64,000 bases of DNA from Eledone cirrhosa (Eukaryota): assembly GCA_964016885.1 (NCBI GenBank), contig OZ024741.1, forward strand, positions 142,476,001 through 142,540,000, given 5' to 3'. The notes below the pieces were generated by a model that had not been told where the DNA came from, did no database searches, and saw nothing but the letters and a program-made list of their open reading frames with translations. Below are positions 32,901 through 47,757 of this stretch, piece by piece. How positions within the stretch are numbered: the first letter of the stretch is position 1; each line of letters opens with the position of its first letter. Made by a program: the position numbers and the translations under genes.

Positions 32901-35182
32901 TTCTAACACAGATTTTGTTCTGTTCGTAAAAAACCCGATAGTGATGCTAAACTAAAGTAGCACGGAGTGGACTTCCATCGATTTTGACGAGGAATGTTCC
33001 CATTGTTTAAACACTGAACAGTCCACACAGACATGTGTACCTTAATGCAATTCTAAAGGGGATACAGTTCATCTGACGGGTTTCCAAACAGTTTCCACCA
33101 GCCTAATTTCACTCATATGTCATGCCTCATAGATGACATTTGCAGAGATACCATGCAGTGAAATTGAACCCAGGAGCTAATGACTGCAAAGCATTTGGTC
33201 ACACTAGACTAAAGGAAGAATCAAAGAAAGACAAGCAGATATGGATATAGCCACTTCCAATGAGTTCAAATCCCACCAAGGTCAACTTTGCCTTTCATCC
33301 TCTTCTCAAAATTACTGGCCTTGTGCTTGAATTAGAAACAGTTATCAAACACTATTTGTAATTGTGTCCTCACTCCCCAAAGTGTTCAGAAATCAAAATG
33401 TCTTTATAAAACTATGACGGGGACACTAGTTCAAACAAATACTAGTAGTAGTATAAAATATATATCCTAGAGAGGGATGGGTTCCATCAGGTTTAAAATG
33501 CCCAATACATGCCATGTGTCAGGACAACACTCTCTAGGAGTTAAGGCCAGCAATTTGAAGAGATAGAGGAAAGTCGATTATACTGAACACAGTACATGAC
33601 TGGGATTTCATTTTATTGACCCCAGAAGGATGAAAGGCAAAGTTGACTTTGGAGGGATTTGAACCCAGAATGTAAAGGGCAGTAACTAAATGCCACCAGA
33701 CATTTTGTCCAATGCTCTAATGATACTGTCAATCCAAATAATAGTAATTCCTCATCTTAGAAATTCAGTCAAAATATTAAGTAAATAAAATAAAATACTA
33801 GGTGTATCTGGTTTAGAATCAATACACTATCTCTGCATGTCGTAAGGAGTGGCGTCAGGAAAAGCACCTGGCTGTAAATCATTGCCTCAAAAAGTCATGT
33901 CCAACCCCTGCCAGCATGAAGAAGTCAACATAAAAACGATGATGAAACGAAAAAGAAAATAAGCAGATTTTTGGTATCAACATACCAAGCTACGGTACAG
34001 CTTACCTTTTGTACCATCAGGACATATTTCATCGTTAGTGTGTCGTAGGTTAACTAGCACTCGTTCTGTGGGAGGAGGTGGTTCATAGTATGAGACATAA
34101 TACAAATTGTCAGTCCGTAAAATCACCTCGCCATTTTCTGACAGCTCAGCACATTTCGACACGGAATTGTTGTTGTTGTTGTGGCAAGAGAGCTTGTTTT
34201 TCGTTACAGAATGTGATCTGGACCTTGTTGATTCTGATATCACTTTCTTTTGCACATTCTGGGCATCAACTCCAAATTTTCTGAAAGTTAGATGGTAAAT
34301 AAGGCTGAGCTGAGACAAACAGGTAGTGAACAGACAATAAGATTAAAAGTAAATAGTGTCTAAGAAGTAGGAAACAAAACAGGCCAGACTGGGGCAAGTA
34401 GTTATACTCCCTCACCTTTGTGGTAGCATCATTAATGACAAGAGACCCAACAAAATAGTTAGGTAACAAAATAGTTAGGTAACAAAAAAAAAAAAAAAGT
34501 ATATACTGGTTGATCTTGTTTCCTTCATTAGTTACAATTGGGTGAGCTGACCCTCCTCTTACTTCATAGTTAATGAAGGACATCTTGTCAACAAACCTAT
34601 GTGGAAGCTTCTAGGCAATTGTTTAATCTGTTAAAATACATCTCACACACACAACCATCATCTCTACTGCTTACAGTTTGACCATTTCTAGAATATCAAC
34701 CACATATTTTTGTGACTTTTGAGGATCTAAATGTACAGTGTAGAGCGAGAACTTAAAACCTTTGGTTCTTGTGTGATTGCTGCTATAAGGACGGAGTTCG
34801 CCACCTGCAACGTGGAATGGCTATATCTATCATCGTGGGCTGTGTATTTATGTGTGTGTGTAGCTATGTCAATGTGTTTCATAAGGAACATGTTGAAAAC
34901 TAAATAGAGAGGTGTGAGCGAGAAAAAAGATAAATATTAGAAAGATAAAGCAAGGTTGGGGGGGGGGGGGGGACTAGGAAATTATACGAAATCGAACGAG
35001 AGAAGTGTGAAAAAAGCATACCTTTCTCTACGTTTTAAAAAGGTAATTTTCTTACTGCCTCTGTCACCGGTGCTATCATTGCTAGCCTGGGTCTTTGACA
35101 CATGATAGGAGGAGTTCATTGGCTCGTCTTTCTGTTTCAGAATAGACAAACGGCGCTCCATGCGATCTATGCGGCATTTTAA
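23893..35182 (-). CDS. MSL1: Male-specific lethal 1 homologue (end of coiled coil + PEHE domain); 5'-partial, 7 coding exons in window
   Basis: complement(join(23893-23998,25390-25462,26557-26684,29084-29151,30626-30687,34006-34280,35022-35182)). All GT-AG, phases match. Motifs [19 protein letters not shown]...[49 protein letters not shown] and DFELPW match MSL1. Confidence 0.94.
25390..25462 (-). CDS. MSL1: MSL1 exon ([25 protein letters not shown])
   Basis: tctctag acceptor, gtaagt donor. Confidence 0.93.
25798..25970. mobile_element. TTAA-flanked ~175-bp MITE (C(A/G)TCCTGTA...TACAGGATG)
   Basis: TTAA on both sides. Related copies at about 38955-39135 and 54543-54727. Confidence 0.7.
26557..26684 (-). 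CDS. MSL1: MSL1 exon ([15 protein letters not shown]...[10 protein letters not shown])
   Basis: cacag acceptor, gtaagt donor. Confidence 0.94.
26718..28608. repeat. 1.9-kb compound polypurine array (GA, GGA and GATG-based units)
   Basis: Almost no C on the + strand. Explains six overlapping 587-705 aa pseudo-ORFs. Confidence 0.97.
28868..29030 (+). mobile_element. Abundant unclassified dispersed repeat (ctagaaatag..aattctccctcaaatcac..ggataatgtagtcctaga)
   Basis: Related copies near 8830, 10150, 12020, 37030, 43743, 53820, 56186 and 59460. Confidence 0.65.
29084..29151 (-). CDS. MSL1: MSL1 exon ([23 protein letters not shown]), PEHE core
   Basis: tttacag acceptor, gtaaat donor. Confidence 0.95.
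30626..30687 (-). CDS. MSL1: MSL1 exon ([21 protein letters not shown]), start of PEHE
   Basis: ctttcag acceptor, gtaagt donor. Confidence 0.93.
34006..34280 (-). CDS. MSL1: MSL1 exon (KFGVDAQ...[17 protein letters not shown]...DGTK)
   Basis: tttcag acceptor, gtaagc donor, phase 2-1, open frame. Confidence 0.88.
35022..35182 (-). CDS. MSL1: MSL1 exon ([18 protein letters not shown]...FLKRRE)
   Basis: ttttgcag acceptor, gtatgc donor. C-terminal end of the MSL2-binding coiled coil. Confidence 0.9.
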
Positions 35183-35696
35183 CTGCAAAACAAAAACAAA
35201 ATAAATAACATTAAAAATGATAAACAAATAAATAACACATTGGGGTGGGGGAGGTGTTAATCGAAACCAATATTCGACTGGTGCGTATTTTATCGATACC
35301 GAAAGATGAAAGGTAAAGTTGACGCACGATTTGAACTTTGACAGTAAAGGGAGGTAACTAAATACTGCATTGTTTATAATCTGTCACTCACCGCTCTAAT
35401 AGGTCTTATTTTCTTACATTGGCACAATACATGTAAGCGTCAGAGAGAGAGAAATAAAAGAAATATGGCAAGAAAAGAAATTACAACCCTAAGTAACTTT
35501 CTACCGTTTTTATCAGCTTCTAATCCAAAATGTAAGTCCATGGAAGCCAGTGGTGGTATGCGTGAACGAAAGCAGGTCATTTTTTCCAAAAAGGTAAAGC
35601 GATTGTGCGTCACCCCGCCCTAACAGACATATATGGGAGACAAGAACACACACGTACGTATGGGTAACAGAGAAAATGGATGAGGACACACACACG

Positions 35697-36623
<927 letters not shown>

Positions 36624-38120
36624 ATGCACAAAACGAGAAACAAGGAAGAAAAAAGGAGTGAGGAAAACATATCTTACAGCAGCGAGAGAATCAATGTTTT
36701 GTTTTGTAACTGAATTATTTTATTTCCACTCACTGTTACGTAGTCTTAGTAGAAATAGTGTTAGCACAGTATTTATGTTACACTAAACTAACGGATAATT
36801 ATTGTTTCCTTTAAATATGTTAATAATCTGTTTCGACTTTCAGGGAAATTCGCATTTTCTGGAATGATTACGTGCCTACTTTAAAAAAATGTATATATAT
36901 ATACACACATTGTCGCAGTCGGCCAGAGAGAGAGAGCTAACGAGCCAAAATTCATCCATCCGAATGTAGCGATTAATCAGACACAAAAACATCCACAAGT
37001 AGTATAGTAGTAACGATTATTTGAAACAACTAGAAATAACAGTCGAATTTTTTTTAATCACAACCACACCATCTGAAACCAAAGGAAGACATTTGTAAAT
37101 GTAATCCTACACAAACACTGACGGAGTAAATGCCCTTTTTTATACATAAAGGCCAGATCAATCAAGGTTGTCTCGGGGGCTAAACAACAGCACTGAAGTA
37201 CAATTTCGTTTTTTAAAAGCTGGTTAAATAAGCTAGGGTCATGTTGAAATATAGTTAAATGCAGGCAAAAATACTACAATACAGTTAAATACAAGCTAAC
37301 ATATTGTAATTTGTCAGTTCCAGTCTGTAGTGACTTTAGTGACGGTTTAACAGAGTCGTTAACGAGCCGGACAAAATGCCTTTTGCTATTTAGTTAACGC
37401 CCTTTATGTTGTGTACCGAGGTCGATAAAATAAAGCACGAGTCAAGTACTGAGGTCGATTTAAGAGGGTGTTTCAGTCCTTCTTTCTAAGTTATATGTGT
37501 GTACACAAGAAATATTAAGACCGTTCGAAGGAGAAGAGAAAAATACCCTTCGGGGCAGGAGACAAATTAGTCGCATCTGTTGGTACAAACACTGAAGTCC
37601 AGTTCCTTTTCCTTTGGCCTACCATAAGCTTGAAAATATAGTAGCCACAATACAGTTAAACACAGACAATAGCAGAACAAATCGGGCGCCCCTGGAGATG
37701 GTACGAGAGATGTGGAATTCGTTTCCCCATGGGTACTTTCTCACATTTTGTTCAGCTGTTTGTGGCGACTACATTTTGACATTTCAAATTTCCCAATCCT
37801 GTTAGTGGTTCTTAAAAAAAATCTACTTTTCTGAGAGGTTTCGTTATTACTCCGCATTTCAAAATTAAGGGGTAATATTTGTTTCAATTTGAAATGTCGA
37901 ATGATAAGAAAGAAGCGCCTAAAATTTAGGTCTTGTATCATTAACTAATATTGATTCATAAAATTAAATATTAATTAATGTGTACAATATTATTCTAGTA
38001 ACAATTTAGCTATACTGTCATGTGTGATGTAAATACAATCATCTTGTTATACACACGCACACATTATGTATATATATATATATATCGCTGTGGACGTTAA
38101 ACGGCGATGATATATATATA

Positions 38121-38355
38121 GACCATAGTGAATAAGATATATATTGTGTATAATTGTGTGTGTGTGGGGTCATTGTGTGCGTATGTATGGGTGAGAGTGA
38201 CGTATTGTGCAGTATAAATATAATTGCCTCACACTCCGAAATATATGGACCGCAGTGAATAAGAAATGCGTGTGTGACGTATCATTGTGCGATATAAATA
38301 TAATTGCCTCACACTACGAAATGTATGGACCGCAGTGAAAAAGATGCGTGTATGT
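38121..38355. repeat. Degenerate tandem repeat, unit of about 80 bp
   Basis: attgtgc..tataaatataattgcctcacact..gaaat.tatggaccgcagtgaa repeated. Confidence 0.75.
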
Positions 38356-41300
38356 GTTGTGACTTCAAGTACAAAATCCACCAAATATAATAAAGACGTG
38401 CAGGGTCTATTATCTTGTGTCAAGTGGGGGCCAACCTACATTACAGTGTAGTATATTTAACTTTATATAGCTGTGAGAGCTCCCACCGACACTCGCAAAC
38501 GAAGGGAAAACCCTCGGCGGCTTGTTGCTTCCTGTTTGTATGTTTATAAATTGTTACAAGAACACACTCACACACCGAAATTTTACTCGTGTTTCAATAA
38601 TTCGTTATAACAACAAATAAATGTATTCCAGCCGTAATCAAACTACCAATGTTATTGATTAATTTCCTGGCGGGTAAATTGGCAGAGTCGTTAGAGCGAC
38701 GGGCACAAATGCGCAGCAGTATTTGCTCGGGCTTTTTACGTTCTGATTTGAAATCCCGCCCGCTCGGGCTTTTTACGTTCTGATTTGAAATCCCGCCCAG
38801 GTCAACAAAATAAACTACCAATCAAGTACTGGGAGTCGATAAAAGCTCCAAAATTATTAATTTTCTAGAGGTTTCCTTTAACCATGGAAACTGAGTCTGC
38901 ACCAAATATATTCACAAATTATCTAACGATGTATCCAACTATATTATAACTTAACATCCTGTACCACATTAACAAATACATCCTTGAAAATGTACAAGGC
39001 ATCACTATGACTGCATCTAATCAATTAAAGTCCTTATCCTAATATTAGAAATTCTTACAACAATCTGTCCACTAGTAAAGATATTACAAACATTTGAATT
39101 AACAAATCCATTTTAGGTATTTTCTGCTAAATCAAGATATTTGCCTAGTGAGATCGTACACAAACGCACATAAGAAAAAGGACGATTTGTTATGTCTTCA
39201 TTACGTTTATTATTATTAATTAATTATTATAATTAACCGCTGAGGTTAACTTTGCCTTTCATCCTTACGGGGTCGATAAAATAAAGTACCAGTAATACAC
39301 TGGATTATTTCTGGCCTTGTGCCAAAAGTATAAACAATTACACTCTGCTTAGTTCTACACCTTTATACCGACTGGAAACTATGCATCGAGTGCTCACTCT
39401 GGTGAACCTACAGTAACTGAACGTTACATTCCATATATTATACACACACAAACACACAGGCTGTGTGTGTCACCCCCACCCCCCACCCAAACTTCAAAAA
39501 AATTATACACACTTGGATTATATGTGTATGTAAGTATATATATAATATAAATCCAAGAAAGAGAGGCAGCCCCTTTCACCCGGAATGCTAGCAACGGAGC
39601 GGATTCTGTTAAAAGCCATGTAGTAATTGTAGTATTAAACCGAGTGATGGATTAAATTTCCCCCTTCACCAACGCCATATACAATTTGAACTCAGAACGC
39701 TAAGAGCCAGAACAAATACTACACTAACTATTTCGCCAGACTCGTATTTTATTTTGATTCACTCATACTTTTGCTACAATAGTATTTAAATTTCACACAA
39801 ATATTGCAGACGGTAGTGAAGTTATAGTTTTTGAAGTGTTATAATATCTATCTTCATTCGAAAATTATGAAGTACATTCAATTAAAAAAAAAAATACCAA
39901 ATAATTTAATATATAGTTTTTATTTGCCCTTATATTGCTTATATTGTTATCGCCTGTTCTTTTTAAAATAGAATTAAATTTACAAAATTCAACAAAAATA
40001 TTTTTATTTTACATTTAACCCCCCCCCCCCCGTATCCATATTGAAATTATCCCTATTTGGTGCCTCAGTAATACGTGGTTTCATATTGATTTAAAAAAAC
40101 AAAAAACAAAAAAAAAAAAACACTCGTTAAAATGAAAATTTTCTATTTTTCTCACCCAGTCTTCCTTTTCGACACACCCACACACACACTATATATATAT
40201 ATATACATACATACATACATACATACACGTTTATAAAACGTCTACCCAAAAACAGTGACAATGTATGCCATACTAGAAAATACCAATCTTAATACTCTAA
40301 TTAAATTTCATTCTATTTCATTTTATTTGTTCTGGTAAAAATCGAGAAACGCGGATTAATTAAAAAGGAAATCAGCAATAATGGGAAATTACTGAAACGC
40401 GAATGTTTCACCCTCGCCCGATTTTGTATTAACGTTTGCAATTGTAATGGCATTTTCAACCTTAATAACCTAAAGCAATATCAAAACTTTTCGATGCACA
40501 TATATATACATATATACATAGTGAACGCTCCATGCATATGTACAAACTAAAAATATCAAAAGGTGCGTGTATGTGTGTGTGTATATGTACACACACACAC
40601 ACAATTTTTGGTTGATTTCAGTTTTAATTACGCCCCTTTCCCAGTCCCTTGTTTTAGCTATCATTATATCTTCTTAAACTAAAGTCTTAGCTACAATTAT
40701 TGAATAAGTTTACCATTCACCTCTAAATATATAAGTTACCAAGACCCAAGATCAATTTACGGAAATTTATCGTAATGCCACAACATTATAGCCCCCCACC
40801 ACATCTTAAATACTTACATTACTAAATAGTTGTTTCTACTTTTGGCACAAAGTCTTAGGTTATCCTACCAATTAAAAAAAATCTAGCCTAAAACAGTATA
40901 ACGTATATAAACTAATTCATTAATTAAAATACAAGTTAAAATGATTAATTATAGCAAAATTGCTTATATATCTCAACGATATGGAGCGCTTAAATCGGAC
41001 AAATGTATCTTGCAGTATTATTTTAGGTTTTAGATAATAATTGTTTTTACTAAACAATGTTTAACTATCATTTCTTGGTTTAAGCTTTCTTTTAGCATTG
41101 ATACGACATCAATATGTATATGGAAGGAGATGGCAGAAGCCTCCTTTTAGAGGTCAATTTCTGTTTTCATACAATTTTCCATGATTCGAGTGATTTATGG
41201 TTCCCTTCCGTTCCTATTCGAAAAAACATTCTTTATATACATATTAAGACTGGCTTTTCGAGATGGATTGGTGAAACCGAGGTTAAATAAGGCACTCAAT

Positions 41301-41729
41301 ACGTTAGTAGAAAAGAAGCATATTTACTTTATATAGAAATAACTTCTACAAGACTAGAACTGTTTCAGTCATACAGATGAATGAAATAAGTGAAACTGAT
41401 TAATATGGAATAGAATAATATAGAACCGACAAATAGACAAAAAAAAAAAATCAATTAAACTGACATACTTTGGGGATGAATTGGCAGGAGAGTAGGATAA
41501 AATATAATAAAAAAAATTCTAAGGATATTTATATTTGAAGACGATTTGTACAGGTTGGACCTCTCTTAAATCCGGCGTAAGTTTAAGACGAGGTCATTAC
41601 GATATATATTTATTTCATATACAAAATGACATATATAGGACAAGAAGTGTTTCACTCATTAGGATTTTCATGATGATTTCAAACAAATGAAACATTCCTA
41701 TACGAAATACACACACACACACACACACG

Positions 41730-41794
<65 letters not shown>

Positions 41795-42303
41795 TTATTA
41801 GAAATAAACAGCACTAGTCGTGTAAGAGTCAATTTAATAAACGTAGACACGACTGCAGCACTAACCAAAGCGTTCGGTCCCAATACATAATACTCTGGGC
41901 AAGTGTCTATCAAAGCCTCAACATTTTGTGAATCGAATTTGGCAGTCATAAACCGGTGTAACTTATGTGTCCCCTTACGCCCCGGAACTTGTTGGTTCGT
42001 TAAAATAAGCACAGACTGAAATAAATACTGAAGTCGACATGCTCCTAGGTGGTGCTACAGCACGGCCGCAATCAAAATAATATAGTAAGCACACACTTAA
42101 TATGTCATATATATATTGATGGTTGGTGAAAGCCTTGGCTGGAGTTGGCAAAGCAAATCTTTCGTCGCAGCCTATTATCCCCTACAGTTCTATCTATCTA
42201 GGGCGGGTAAAAACTGTGTGTCTGTGTGTATATATATATGGTGGATTCCGATGGGTATCGGGAGGTGACCACAGTTAAAAAAAGGTACTCAATATGTTAG
42301 TAG

Positions 42304-42341
<38 letters not shown>

Positions 42342-42489
42342 CTACTAACTCCAGCCAACTCCAGCCAAGGCTTTCACCAACCATCGGTTTTGAATTATAT
42401 GGACAATATTTTTCCTTGTGAAAAATCGGCCTTGCCAGCCGCCAGAGGAACCGTCATAAACGAGAGAATGCAATATAGGAAGACCCGCC

Positions 42490-42525
<36 letters not shown>

Positions 42526-42814
42526 ATAAGGGAAAACGAACGGTAAATAACGACAATATATGAATGTATTATATATGGAGACACGTTCGGCGAAATACAC
42601 ATTATGAAATAACGACTTTTCGGTGTGTGTTTTTTTCTCAATAGGGTGGTGGGGAGTAAGTGACATAAATAACTAGTAAATAATCAACTCCGTATACATT
42701 TTGAACTGCCACAAGTAAAACCCACAATGAACACCACAACATCCTTTTTCACTATACACACAAGACGTGGTATTATTTTGGAATTGGTACGTTAGTTACA
42801 ATAATAAGAGAATA

Positions 42815-42850
<36 letters not shown>

Positions 42851-45800
42851 TTCTTTACTGGTCTCAATTGTAGCTATGCCGGGGTACCGCCATGCACAAT
42901 ATAACGTTTGTGTCGTAGCGCACAAACACGAGGGTAAAAGTACAAAAGAAAACAAACAGCATTTAACAGAAACTTCGGGTTTCCCCTTTCACGCGCGCGC
43001 GTATATATATATATATATATATATATAGCTACACGTTGCTACGAGATTGTTTGTAGGGCAGTAACGACCATACCAACCTCAATAGACACAAACATATAAT
43101 ATATATGTTGAATTGAAAGTTAGAAGCATCAACGTTGTTTGACTATGAAAAATAATCTAAGTTGGCTATATAAACACTGGAGACGGAAAAAAGTGTGAAT
43201 AGCGCCGCCCGTACATACTTCAAAGGAAGGAGATGGGGATGAAAGATAAAATAATTTTGTATATAGGAGACGCCACTAATTGGATATGTATAGATATGTA
43301 TACAATTAAGACAAGCATTCATTGTGAAGTGAAGCGCAGACAACCAGATAAGGAAATAAACACTCACTCTCCCTCACTCACGACGTACGTACACAAACCT
43401 AGAATTGAATGCTGGAAGTCTCCATCCATTACTGCGTACCTGTCCAACGATCGCGAAATATTTCATGAAGGAACGATGCAGCCAAGATGACGATGATAAC
43501 AACAGTAGAGATCGCTCCCGCAGGAGCCCTTAACCATGGCCCGGTATTTTTGGGGGTGGGGGTATTTATTTTAGAAATAGAGGAGGGAAGGGATGTGGGT
43601 GATAAGCTGAATGTCAAGGTCTTCCTCCGAACAGAGAACTGCGATAACGGGAAGCAAAGAGAGACAACTCCTCGTTGCTTCCTGGTGCTAGTATATCTCT
43701 CACACACACTAAGCTATTAAGGAGTATGTAAACGAAGTCACGAGAAATAGCAGGTAAATTCCCCTCCAATCACAACTTACTCGTCTTATAAAGTGATAAA
43801 TGTCTTGGATGATATAGTCCTAAAAATAGTAAATCAGAATAAAAACGGGATGGTTATGACTGGAACGCTTTACATTATAGAACTGACCAAACAGTATTAG
43901 TTTTGGATTTTATAACAATCATTTCTAACATTGTCACTACGCTACAGTATGCGTGAGAGCGGGGGAGGGTCGATTATATGAACCTTAGTATTTAACTGGT
44001 GTATATATATTAGTGCAAAGCATTTTGTTTAGCGCTCTAGAGAGACTGCCAATTGACAGTTTGACAGATGACCACCACTACTTCGTGAACATCGTCGACT
44101 CAACCTCGACAGTAAACAATTTCGTTAAACCGCTTAGAGAAAGTTGAAATATATTCCCGAAATTGCGACAAGAAGCAAACAGAAGTTGCCGGAAAATCGA
44201 AATATATAACACATCCTAAACAAAGATACGATTAATTGAAAGGGAGACGGCGAGAGAGCGGTGCGATATATTTTGGTCCATTAAATTATTTAGTGCGGCA
44301 TTTTGCCTATTTAGTAACTTTATATTTATTATGATTATTAGGGTGGTGGTTTGACAGAATGCTTAAAGCGTCGGACAAAATGCCAGACAGTATTTAATTA
44401 CAGCTCTTTACGTTCTGAGTTCAAATCCTGCCGAGGTTAATTTAATCGACTTTCCCCGCTCCAATATTGCTGACACTGTGCCTAAAGTAAAAATCATATT
44501 TAATAATGTATCCTTACAGCTATTTTACTCCACCCCAACCCCGTATTTTCACATTTATTTCGGATTTTAGGTCCCCGTGGCCAATAAAAGAAACCATCAT
44601 CAGTAAAAGAATAAAAGAATTGTTTTGTTGAAGACTAGATCTTTGAATAACGTTTGCTATGAATTCGTCTCCTGACAAATATATATAATTACGGTGAGCG
44701 GTGAAGACACGAAATATAAAGACACGATATTTTTGTTGTTAAAAAAAAAATCTCTTTTCGTGTTGGAATATTAAAATAAAAAATAAACAAGACTAAAATA
44801 CATTAGGGGTGAGAGTGATATACTGTTGCGATGAAACAATAATTTAAGACTGACTGACATAAACATATACAGTACATCTATCTGATCCAGAGCGTTGTGT
44901 ATCGTCATATGATATATGTGATAAAATACATATAGAGTAACATATTAGTTTATACAGAAAGGAGAGAGAATGATTGAATTAAATCCTCATACAATAGTTA
45001 CTTACACACGACCCTTGTATCGGCTAAGTTTGCAGGGTTTGTACTCGTGGAGTGGGGGAAACATCATTATGGAATTTAGATTTAGTTTAAAATTTCAACA
45101 GACAGCCACAGAATAGCATGAACTGCCGTTGGTCTCGACGATGAATGTTCCGGTTGTGCGATGAACGAAACAGCCAGCTAATGAAATTACGTATGAAAAT
45201 CCCAGACACGTGTATCCTGAACCTAATTCTTCGGGAGATTCAGCGTGGCACAGTACACCCGGCGGACTTCCAAACAGTTTCAGTCTACCCAATTTCATTC
45301 ACAAGTGGGAAGTGAACTCTTTAATCATTCGGCCATGCTGCGCCCACAGTCATAAAATGAGTCCTAATGAAAATAAATCATATCCACACGATGTTATCGA
45401 GGGAAAAATACTCCCGGGGAGCGATCTGCATACAAATCACTGAGTAGAAATATTCCATCAATTGAGATTATGCTAGCAATAAATAGATTTAAAAAACAAC
45501 AAAAACTGTTGTATTTAATATACAGACGGCTCTCCTAAAATTGTTGATATTCATAACTAGGTTCTTGTTCAACTGATCTTGGAGTTATCTATCTAGCCTG
45601 TTTATTTAAAAAAAAAAAGATTTTACCTAATTGCTCGTATTTCAATTAACTACATTATATGTGTATGAAGGCGAATTGGCAGAGTCGTTAGAACGTTGGA
45701 CAGAAAGCTTTATGGTGTTCGTTTCGGCTCTCAACTTCGCCTTTCATCCTTTCGGTAGAAATCAGCTGTTCAGACCTGGAGAAGTGATGGGCTCTAACAG

Positions 45801-47693
45801 GTTTGGATGTCACTACGCCGCCCTTACGGATATGCTCTGTAGTCAATATTATGGCGATCCTGGACTATAGCGTACCGTTTTCACTTTCCCTACAATTTCT
45901 TTTGCTGTATTCAGGAAAAACAATGTTCTGTGATTGTTCAATTATTCTGTGGATTTCCTATTCAACAATATAAAATCTATCATGATTTCCTACAAATTAA
46001 ATATATAACATAGTGGCACTGGTTGAGAACATCGGTAACATTTTCCTTGCTATACGTGAACAATAATTCTTTTATTTGAATCTTATTACTTGTGTATTAT
46101 TATTTTTATTATCTGTGTTTCCCCTAACCCGAAACTTAAAGGAAAGAGCGCCCTTCCACCACCTCCATCAACATCTATATATATGAGACAGAGAAGAAAT
46201 TGACAGACAAGACCCATCGAACAGCTTGCAAGATAACATACATATAATGTACAGTGTTCTTAAAGGCGGTGAATAAAATAACTTGTGAGATGTTGTTACC
46301 TCCCTTTCAGGGAAGGAGAGGGGCGGGTCGATAAAAGATCAGTTAAGTATTGCGATCAATATAAAATTAATTGATTATACCCTCTCCACCAAAATGTGTA
46401 GCCTTGTGCCTATATTACAAATCATCATTTATACCACCGTGTGTGTCTGTGTAAATGTAACATATACGTTTGTTTACACTAAATAAAAACAGGAAATTGT
46501 TATTGCTTTCGTGTTTACATTCACCCCTGCCTCGTGAAACAAATTAAGACATTTCCATATTGAAATCCTATTAGAGTGAACAAAATATGTTGTAGTCGAT
46601 TTAAATGACCGTATACAACTACCGCAACACTACAAAATTTATGGACGTGTGCCAAATATCATCACCATTAGGACAGGATAAAGTCTTTTTAATACCCCCC
46701 CCCCCCCACACACACACACATTTTAAAAATATAAAGTATGAAAAAAAAATGACACATTTAATTTGAATGAAAAGAAAAACCTCTTCTTTTGATGCCCTAA
46801 GCCTAGGTTTATTTTGCTTAATGCTTAATCCAGTCCTCACCACCACCACCACCACTACTATAATTTAAAATTTTCGTATTTGAATGTGTGCTTCTGCAGT
46901 AGGACCTCTTCCACCCCACCCCCACCGGCGACAACAGAAGTCAAGGGACTGGTGATGATGAGTTAGGTAAAGTAATAAACAGCGATCCTTCGTAAGCTGC
47001 AGACGAAATGTAAGTAAACAAATCAACATATTCCGGCCTTCTCTGTATTCAACAGAAAAGTATTATACTACAATAATTCTATTTAAACGTTATCAAACAA
47101 TTTATTGTACTATATAATAAATCAAATTCCTGCAGATACTAGGGAAAGAGAGATTATTTGATGTCCGTGCATATCGTGATATTTCCTTTCCTTTTCTTAA
47201 TAAAGAATTCGGAAAATTATTGTAATAAAATATACTTGTCGGATGAATTACGGAGAATGACGGAATACATCGATTCGTTTGTTTACATTTCGCCCACCGC
47301 TTACGAAGCATCGCCGAATAAACAAGCAAAAGGAATTCATCGTTCTCATTAACAGAACCGTCTTCATGGTCACCCAACCTGCTAAAAGTAGCAGCTAATT
47401 TTTTAAAATTAAATTCTTACTATTAAACCCTACCGTCTCAAAACGCTAGATTGGTAGAGAGAGAGACACAAATTTATATATATATATATAAGTGGTAACC
47501 ACTTCTACCTAACTCGTCCCTTGCACCATATATATATATATATATTAATAACATTTTAATAAAAATATTAATAACATTTTATTAATATTTATATTTTAAT
47601 ATTAATAACTCTGGAAAATATTTTTACTGTAGAGTGCTTCCAATCTACTGTAAAACTTATTCTTTGATGTACTTAATGAATCTTGTTTAACCC

Positions 47694-47757
<64 letters not shown>

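Noticed and set aside
34380-34625. 105-aa ORF 34266-34583 as an extra MSL1 exon
   Set aside because: Looks like a decayed LINE RT fragment (YFVGSLV resembling YLGS), and the MSL1 frame is complete without it.
47102-47377. 91-aa minus-strand ORF with AG/GT-like boundaries as a candidate MSL1 5' exon
   Set aside because: No MSL1 similarity, and the apparent acceptor lies in a dispersed repeat.
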